Source: an uncultured Bacilli bacterium (GTDB lineage: Bacteria; Bacillota_I; Bacilli_A; RF39; UBA660). From it: a DNA stretch of 64,000 bases. The DNA is taken from assembly GCA_947627435.1 (NCBI GenBank), contig CANQWB010000003.1, positions 5,955-69,954 on the forward strand. Direction: 5' to 3'. Positions 57,777 to 64,000 of the stretch are shown piece by piece. The notes beneath the pieces were generated by a model. The model was given only the letters and a program-made list of their open reading frames with translations. It had not been told where the DNA came from and ran no database searches. The position numbers were made by a program, and so were the translations under genes. Positions within the stretch are counted from its first letter, which is position 1. Each line of letters begins with the position of its first letter.

Positions 57777-58190
57777 ATGGCAAAAAAAAGAATCACAAAA
57801 GCATCAAAACGAAGACTCGTATTTTTTGGAACAATATCACTAGGTGTTATTGTATACTTTATCACTAGTTTTACCTATTATGCAGTCAATATATATCAGT
57901 TAAAACAAGAAGAAAAAACGTTAAAAGAAGATTTAAATATATTAAAAGCTGATGAAAAAAATCTAAAGGTAGAAATTGAAAAATTAAAAGATCCCGATTA
58001 TTTAGCGAGATATGCAAGAGAAAACTTTCTATATTCAAAAGATGGAGAGATTGTTATTAAGTTACAACAGGACACTCAGACAAAAAATATTGATTCTGAC
58101 AAAATGGATTATACATATATTATTTTCATCGGAAGTATGATTTTGCTTTTCATCGTCGGTTATACAGTTAAAAAAGGAAAAAGAAAGTAA
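57777..58190 (+). CDS. Septum formation initiator (DivIC/FtsB family)
   Basis: N-terminal TM segment, coiled coil LKQEEKTLKEDLNILKADEKNLKVEIEKLKDPDY. The position after yabPQ matches the usual gene order. Confidence 0.7.
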   Translation: MAKKRITKASKRRLVFFGTISLGVIVYFITSFTYYAVNIYQLKQEEKTLKEDLNILKADEKNLKVEIEKLKDPDYLARYARENFLYSKDGEIVIKLQQDTQTKNIDSDKMDYTYIIFIGSMILLFIVGYTVKKGKRK

Positions 58191-58213
58191 AAAGAGTTCA
58201 AATTTGAACTCTT

Positions 58214-58771
58214 TTATAATTTAAAATCTTGAATGATATCGTCATTCATATCTTTACCATCAAAATAAGTTTTTACAGAATAATGAGTAATTTTAGCTAC
58301 GATATTAGATGGAAATGTTCGAACTAATTTATTGTAATCAGTAATAATATCGTTATAATACTTTCTAGCAGCTACAATTTCAGATTCTGATTCAAATAGT
58401 CCTAATTCAATTTTTAAGAATGCTTCATTATTTTTTAAATCTGTATATTTTTCTTTGTATTGGTTAAATTCATTAATTGCTTCATATAGTTCACGATCTA
58501 ATTCAAAATTAGATAATTTTTTAGAACGCAGTTGAATAATTGTTTGTAGTATATCTTCTTTTTTTGCATTTGAAACTGTTTTGATAATACCAATCGATTT
58601 ATTTAGTAAATCAAAACGTTTTCGTAAAGTGGTATCGATGAAAGCTTCTGCTTCATTCATACGAATAATATAGGTTTGGTAGTGATTATAAACACTGACA
58701 TACCATATTAATATCATACAGATTACAATAAAAATGATGAGACCATATATAATCCAATTCATAATGATCAC
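58214..58771 (-). CDS. LemA family protein
   Basis: N-terminal TM segment, then the NHYQTYIIRMNEAEAFIDTTLRKRFDLL pattern. Confidence 0.75.
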   Translation of the reverse strand: MIIMNWIIYGLIIFIVICMILIWYVSVYNHYQTYIIRMNEAEAFIDTTLRKRFDLLNKSIGIIKTVSNAKKEDILQTIIQLRSKKLSNFELDRELYEAINEFNQYKEKYTDLKNNEAFLKIELGLFESESEIVAARKYYNDIITDYNKLVRTFPSNIVAKITHYSVKTYFDGKDMNDDIIQDFKL

Positions 58772-58806
58772 CCTAGGACCATTATATCAAAATTCGACAA
58801 AGATTA

Positions 58807-59175
58807 CTAGTTGTTTGGAATAAATTCTGTACTATAATTTATTTTTTCATCAAATGTAATGAAATCTACATATATCATTAGTAATAAATACCATTTACCA
58901 GTACTTGGTTCACTTAAGATAATATGATCACGACCAGATTGCTCTACAATACCAGAAAATTCACGATCTTTAAATTCTTCAGAGTCAGGAACTGTATAAT
59001 GGACATGTACTTGCTTTCCTTTATTTAATCTTAATATATTTTCAATATAAGATTGTTCATATGGTATCTGTGTTGTATAAGTTGGAGCAGTTGTCTGATT
59101 GGGAACTGTCATACCATTTCCTGTATAGATTGGTTGCCCAGGAAAAACATTTTGATCTAAATAATTACTATTCAT
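58807..59175 (-). CDS. Spore coat protein GerQ-like
   Basis: SYIENILRLNKGKQVHVHYT...GIVEQSGRDHIILSEPSTGKWYLLLMIYVDFITFDEKINY. Confidence 0.6.
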   Translation of the reverse strand: MNSNYLDQNVFPGQPIYTGNGMTVPNQTTAPTYTTQIPYEQSYIENILRLNKGKQVHVHYTVPDSEEFKDREFSGIVEQSGRDHIILSEPSTGKWYLLLMIYVDFITFDEKINYSTEFIPNN

Positions 59176-59265
59176 TCAATCATCCTTTCATTAAAGAATA
59201 TGAAAATGATAATACTTTATGATATAATTTAAATAGAATTACATATAATTGGAAAGAAGGACATT

Positions 59266-59850
59266 ATGAAAGTAAGTGTAGGTGTATCCAATCGCCATAT
59301 TCATTTAACAGAAAAACATTTCAAATTATTATTTGGAGAAGAAGCAACATTACATGTGCGTAACCCTATTCATCAACCTGAACAATTTGCAGCAGAAGAA
59401 ACTGTTACTATTCGTACTTCAAAAGGAAAAATAGAAAAAGTACGCATTATAGGACCATTGCGTTCTTATACACAAGTTGAAATTTCTAAAACAGATGCCT
59501 ATTTATTGGGAATTGATCCTCCCATACGTGATTCGGGAGACATTGATGGTAGCGAAGCTATCATTATAGAAGGGCCAGTCGGTACTGTAACATTAGAAAG
59601 TGGTTGCATTATTGCCAATCGTCATATTCATATTACACCAAAACAAATGAAATTATATGAATTAGAAGGTCTCGAGGAAGTACATGTACAAATACAAGGC
59701 GAAAAAGGTGGAATTCTAAGTCATGTATTTTTAAAAGTCAGTGATGATTCTTATTTTGAATTACATTTAGATACGGATGATGCCAATGCGTTTCAACTTC
59801 ATAATGGCGATATTGTAACGATTTTAGAGGGGAAAACGGATGATATTTAA
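59266..59850 (+). CDS. pduL: Phosphate propanoyltransferase PduL
   Basis: Duplicated VGVSNRHIHLT / IIANRHIHITP motifs. Confidence 0.85.
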   Translation: MKVSVGVSNRHIHLTEKHFKLLFGEEATLHVRNPIHQPEQFAAEETVTIRTSKGKIEKVRIIGPLRSYTQVEISKTDAYLLGIDPPIRDSGDIDGSEAIIIEGPVGTVTLESGCIIANRHIHITPKQMKLYELEGLEEVHVQIQGEKGGILSHVFLKVSDDSYFELHLDTDDANAFQLHNGDIVTILEGKTDDI

Positions 59851-60070
59851 AATATGTGATAAATGTAAGGGTACAAATGTAAAGACATTAGTACCAAAAT
59901 TAAAAAAATTAAAGCCAGATGCTGATATTGAAATTGGGTGTCAAGGTTTTTGTGGAATTGGTAGAACCAATAGTTTTGTTATAGTAGACCATATGCCTAT
60001 CATTGCTGAAAATGAAAATGATTTGATAAAAAGTGTATCAGAATATATTCAAAGGGATGAAGCTAAATGA
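59840..60070 (+). CDS. DUF1450 (YuzB-like) small protein
   Basis: ICDKC...GCQGFCG cysteine pattern, 76 aa. Confidence 0.55.
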   Translation: MIFKICDKCKGTNVKTLVPKLKKLKPDADIEIGCQGFCGIGRTNSFVIVDHMPIIAENENDLIKSVSEYIQRDEAK

Positions 60071-60627
60071 TAGGTGTTACAAGAAAATTTTTAGTCAAAG
60101 AAATACCCGCACTAGAAAGTCTAGAATATCAAACATACAAAGAAGGGTATTTTTCTTTTTGTCCTTTCACATATATTGAACAGTGTGATCAAGATTATGC
60201 ATTAGTTATGGAAACTTCTTTATATCAGAATAGAGTTCCATTAACAGAACAAGAATTTTATCAATATGTTCCTCATATTCAAAATCATATAATTGAAAAA
60301 AAGAGAGTATTGGTGTCTTGTCATACAGATGAAACGATTTATATGGATATTTATCAAAGTCAATTGATGGGTTTAGTAACAATAGAAGTGGAATTTATAA
60401 ACAAGGAAAAAGCTGAATTATTTGTTATACCTAATTGGTTTGGGAAAGAAATTACATATGATACACGCTATCAAAAGCAAAGTCTTTCTTCGATGACAAA
60501 AGAAACTGTTCAAAAATTACAATTGAGTGGGGCAGAAATGTGGTATACTAGACTGCAACAAATATCAAAATTACTTTCTTGTATAAAAACATATACGAAA
60601 GTAAAAGAAATCAAGGAAAAATCTTAG
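60067..60627 (+). CDS. CYTH domain protein
   Basis: The N-terminal TRKFLVKEIP resembles the ExExK-type CYTH start. 186 aa. Confidence 0.5.
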   Translation: MIGVTRKFLVKEIPALESLEYQTYKEGYFSFCPFTYIEQCDQDYALVMETSLYQNRVPLTEQEFYQYVPHIQNHIIEKKRVLVSCHTDETIYMDIYQSQLMGLVTIEVEFINKEKAELFVIPNWFGKEITYDTRYQKQSLSSMTKETVQKLQLSGAEMWYTRLQQISKLLSCIKTYTKVKEIKEKS

Positions 60628-60664
60628 GATAATCAATCAAAATAAAACCTAGTAAATCTAGGTT

Positions 60665-62620
60665 TTATTGTCCATTCATTTCAGCAAATGCTTCTTCTAA
60701 ATCATTATCATCAGAAAGAGGTTGAGTTCCTTTAATATAATAAAATATTTTTTTGTTTTTCGTTGTTTCTGTTGCCGGTTTACCACTGATTGGATCTACG
60801 AGTACTCCAACAACATTGGATGGTGTTTTATACCAATTATTTTCTTTATCTTTTAAATAAGCTTCCATCGCATCTACCCATGCATTTTTCATTAAACTTC
60901 CATCACTCACTTCTGTTTCCTGATTATCATCATATCCAACCCACATGCCTATAATTACATCTTTGTTATATCCAAAAATCAAATGATCGGTATTCGTGGT
61001 TCCCGTTTTTACAGCGTAAGTTTTGGTCATTTTCGGTGCGATTCCAATACAAGTAGGATAATTGTAATCAATCAATTCACTGGCATATGAATTTGTTAGT
61101 AATTCATTTAAAATATAAACAGTACTTTTATTTAAAATATTTTCTTTTTTTTGTTTTGCTTTATAAAGGACATTTCCATTCATATCTTCAACACGCTCGA
61201 TAAAATGTGGTTCAATTTTATATCCTTCATTGGCAAAGGCAGAATAAGCTTTCATCATTTCTAAAATGTTGATTTCTTCAGTACCAAGGGCGAGAGATGG
61301 AATTGCCTGTAATGGTGATGTAATTCCAATCCGAGATGCGAATTCTACTAAATTTTCTTCGCCAATAAATAAATGTGTTTTTACAGCATAAATATTATCT
61401 GAGTAAGCAATGGCTGCTGCTAAACTAATTGGCTTATTACCATACGTTTCGGCGTAGTTTTGAGGACTATATGTTTTATTTTCAGAAAAGGTAAATGTCG
61501 TTTTTTCACTGGTGAATGTTGTAGAAGCTGTAAAACCACTCTCTAAAGCAGTATAATATAAAAATGGTTTCATAGTAGATCCAACTTGTCTTTTGGAACT
61601 TGTGACACGATTGAATTGACTTTTATTATAATCTCTTCCCCCTGCGATGGCGAGAATCTTTCCAGTATTAGGGTCCATCATAACGGAGGCAACTTGTAAA
61701 TCCGGTTTATTTTCTAAATTTTTGGCAATACTTTCATCCAATATTTTTTGAGCATTCATATCTAGATTGGTATAAATTTTAAGCCCACCTGTTTCTAAAA
61801 AGGAAGTAGGAATAGTACCAATTTCCTCTAGTTCTTTCATAACTGCATCTTGATAATACATAAGAGTTGGAATATCTTCATTTTCCTTTTTTCCTACATA
61901 TGTTAATTCTGCTTTGTAAGCATTTTCTTTTTCTTTTTCCGTAATGTAGTTGTTATTTACCATAGCTTGTAAAATAATTGCTTGTCTATTTTTCGCATTT
62001 TCAGGATTTGCAATTGGTGAGTAATTAGCAGGTGATTTTGGAATACCTGCTAAAATAGTAGCTTCGGCAAGAGTTAAATCCTTCGCACTTTTTCCAAAAT
62101 AGTATTTACTTGCATTTTCAATTCCAAATATTCCACCATAGTTGATTGTATTTAAATATCCTTCTAATATTTCATCTTTACTATATTGCATTTCTAAGCG
62201 CATCGTTAAAAAAGCTTCATCAATTTTACGATGCCAAGTTTTATCAAAATCTAAAAATAAATTTTTTGCATATTGCTGTGTTATGGTCGATGCACCTTGT
62301 AATCGCTCTTGATTGATCACGTTGATAAACATCGCTTTTATAATTCTTAAGTAGTCAAAACCTTGATGTTTATAGAAATTTTTATCTTCCGTGGCAAGAG
62401 TTGCTTCAATAATATAATCTGACATTTCATCCAAGCCAATCCATTCATGATTTGCTCCACTGTATAAATTGTTATCTTTGTCATATAAATAAAATTGATT
62501 TGCAGAAGTAATAGGTAATTTATGAGATAACTTTGCATATGTATAGAGTCCAATATAAATAATACATAAAAAAAATAAGAAAAAACCAAATATTTTAATA
62601 AATTTTGGGATACGTTTCAT
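60665..62620 (-). CDS. Class A penicillin-binding protein (glycosyltransferase + transpeptidase)
   Basis: GT51 motifs EDKNFYKHQGFD and GASTITQQ. Transpeptidase motif STMK. Confidence 0.9.
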   Translation of the reverse strand: MKRIPKFIKIFGFFLFFLCIIYIGLYTYAKLSHKLPITSANQFYLYDKDNNLYSGANHEWIGLDEMSDYIIEATLATEDKNFYKHQGFDYLRIIKAMFINVINQERLQGASTITQQYAKNLFLDFDKTWHRKIDEAFLTMRLEMQYSKDEILEGYLNTINYGGIFGIENASKYYFGKSAKDLTLAEATILAGIPKSPANYSPIANPENAKNRQAIILQAMVNNNYITEKEKENAYKAELTYVGKKENEDIPTLMYYQDAVMKELEEIGTIPTSFLETGGLKIYTNLDMNAQKILDESIAKNLENKPDLQVASVMMDPNTGKILAIAGGRDYNKSQFNRVTSSKRQVGSTMKPFLYYTALESGFTASTTFTSEKTTFTFSENKTYSPQNYAETYGNKPISLAAAIAYSDNIYAVKTHLFIGEENLVEFASRIGITSPLQAIPSLALGTEEINILEMMKAYSAFANEGYKIEPHFIERVEDMNGNVLYKAKQKKENILNKSTVYILNELLTNSYASELIDYNYPTCIGIAPKMTKTYAVKTGTTNTDHLIFGYNKDVIIGMWVGYDDNQETEVSDGSLMKNAWVDAMEAYLKDKENNWYKTPSNVVGVLVDPISGKPATETTKNKKIFYYIKGTQPLSDDNDLEEAFAEMNGQ

Positions 62621-62775
62621 TTCGTGTCACCTCTAATTTTAGTATTCTAAAAAAAACCAAATTTATAACATGAACTATGTGAAAATTATGAAATATGAAG
62701 TGAACTGAAAAAAATATAGTGCAATTATAGAGTAAGTATGTTATAATGACTAACGAAATGTGATAGAGGTAATTT

Positions 62776-63156
62776 ATGTCTAAGATTCAGATACATGCAA
62801 TACTCAAAAATGTAACAGAAAAAAACGAACATATAATCAATACAAAAGGAATTTATCATGATGGTTGTATTACATATCAAGATGGAGAAATCCAAATGAT
62901 ACTAAAGATAAAAAAAGACCAAATAGAAATGATTCGTTTTCAAAATGAAGATAGATTGGTATATCGTTTTATCTATCCTTTGACAACAGTGGGAATTTAT
63001 GATATAAAGAGTGTCAATATGACATTTGATGTAACAATTCATACAACAAAATTAGTAATACAAAAAAATAAAATAGAAATTGCTTATGAAATGACATTGA
63101 GTAATGAACCAACAAAAGCATTTTACTATCAGTTAGAATATGAGGTGATACCATGA
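62776..63156 (+). CDS. DUF1934 (YwiB-like) protein
   Basis: 126-aa beta-rich ORF that overlaps the argS start, the usual arrangement in Firmicutes. Confidence 0.65.
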   Translation: MSKIQIHAILKNVTEKNEHIINTKGIYHDGCITYQDGEIQMILKIKKDQIEMIRFQNEDRLVYRFIYPLTTVGIYDIKSVNMTFDVTIHTTKLVIQKNKIEIAYEMTLSNEPTKAFYYQLEYEVIP

Positions 63157-64000
63157 TTACAAGGAAGTTAGAACAATTTTTAGAACAAATTACATATTCT
63201 TTAGGATATAATGAACCTCTTCGCGTAATTGTATCCAACCGTCCTGAATTGTGTGATTATCAATGTGATGATAGTTTTCGCCTTGCTAAAGTGTATCACA
63301 AAAATCCCATCCAAATTGGGAATGAAATTGTAGAAGCATCGAAACAACATCAAGATTTTTCTATGTATTTTAAAGATATGACTTTTGTATCACCAGGTTT
63401 TATCAATATGACATTAAGTGATACATTCATTCATACAGAACTGATGAATATGATAACAAAAGAAAAATTTGGTATTTCCCCTCCCAGTAAAGTAGACACC
63501 TATGTATTGGATTATGGGGGTGCTAATATTGCCAAACCATTACACATTGGACATGTAAGACCTGCAATTGTAGGAGAATCCATGAAAAGAATTATTCAAT
63601 ATATGGGTCATAAAACCATTAGTGATGTGCACTTAGGAGATTATGGATTACAAATTGGACAAGTTATTTATGGAATTTTACAAGATCATAAAACACTTGA
63701 TGATATTACTTTAGAGTATCTTGATTACATTTATCCAAAAATGAGTGGACTTTGTAAAGAAGATGAATCCATTAAAGAAATATGTGCAAACATTACCAAA
63801 GAATTGCAAGATGGAAATCCAGAATATCAAAAATTATTTCAAAAAATCCGTGAAGTATCTGGAAAAGATTGTAAAAGAATATATAACTATTTAGGTGTAT
63901 CATTTGATTTATGGAATGGTGAAAGTGATGCATATCCTTATATTGAAAAAACAACAGAAATCTTAAAAGATATTTTAGAAGATAGTGAAGGAGCAAAAAT
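63153..64000 (+). CDS. argS: Arginine--tRNA ligase, N-terminal part (3' end lies outside the window)
   Basis: Not in the ORF track because it has no stop; I translated it by hand from ATG 63153. The frame stays open to the window edge. It contains DYGGANIAKPLHIGHVRPAIVGES (HIGH motif). Confidence 0.85.
   Translation, partial: MITRKLEQFLEQITYSLGYNEPLRVIVSNRPELCDYQCDDSFRLAKVYHKNPIQIGNEIVEASKQHQDFSMYFKDMTFVSPGFINMTLSDTFIHTELMNMITKEKFGISPPSKVDTYVLDYGGANIAKPLHIGHVRPAIVGESMKRIIQYMGHKTISDVHLGDYGLQIGQVIYGILQDHKTLDDITLEYLDYIYPKMSGLCKEDESIKEICANITKELQDGNPEYQKLFQKIREVSGKDCKRIYNYLGVSFDLWNGESDAYPYIEKTTEILKDILEDSEGAK

Noticed and set aside
62621-62775. Looked for a T-box leader upstream of the DUF1934-argS operon
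   Set aside because: The region is only about 155 nt and very AT-rich, with no specifier-loop, T-box consensus (AAnnnGGGTGGTACCGCG-like) or terminator/antiterminator pair visible.
1-64000. Scan for CRISPR arrays, rRNA genes and tRNA genes
   Set aside because: No regularly spaced 25-40-nt direct repeats with unique spacers were seen. The only T-arm-like GGAGTTCAATTCTCC belongs to tmRNA. No rRNA-like GC-rich blocks were seen.

Overview
AT-rich (by eye about 28-30% GC) Firmicutes chromosome segment. The gene content (spoIVA, yabG, veg, spoVG, yabP/yabQ, GerQ-like, a tmRNA tag ending in AFA) suggests a spore-forming Erysipelotrichia/Clostridia-type organism. No database search was possible, so all family calls rest on motifs read from the translations. 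The window has four parts. (1) 1-660: the 3' end of rny. (2) About 700-22500: a roughly 22 kb accessory mosaic. It carries an IetAS-like AAA+ ATPase/S8 protease pair, a type II C5-methyltransferase/endonuclease pair and an ASCH gene. It also holds two paralogous modules (wHTH protein, small ORF, large serine recombinase), the second split by an IS30-family element. Between the two modules sits a tightly packed AbiEi-like / Fic / MazG-like / small ORF / PD-(D/E)xK-DUF2075 helicase operon. DinD-like and pRiA4b-ORF3-like genes lie at the right end. (3) 22800-32400: core genes (M29 aminopeptidase, U32 peptidase, rnr, smpB, ssrA). (4) 32394-39850: the most unusual region. Directly 3' of ssrA there are five short, mostly single-gene units. 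Each is bounded by copies of the last 5 nt of tmRNA plus its terminator, and four of them also carry a copy of an extended -10 promoter and a conserved 33-nt leader motif. No integrase gene is nearby. The rest of the window (39850-64000) holds a collagen-like BclA-type gene and an ABC exporter, then a conserved housekeeping/sporulation block: engB, der, spoIVA, prfB with its +1 frameshift, ftsEX, yabG-veg-spoVG-yabPQ-divIC, pduL, a class A PBP and argS. No CRISPR array, rRNA or tRNA gene was seen.
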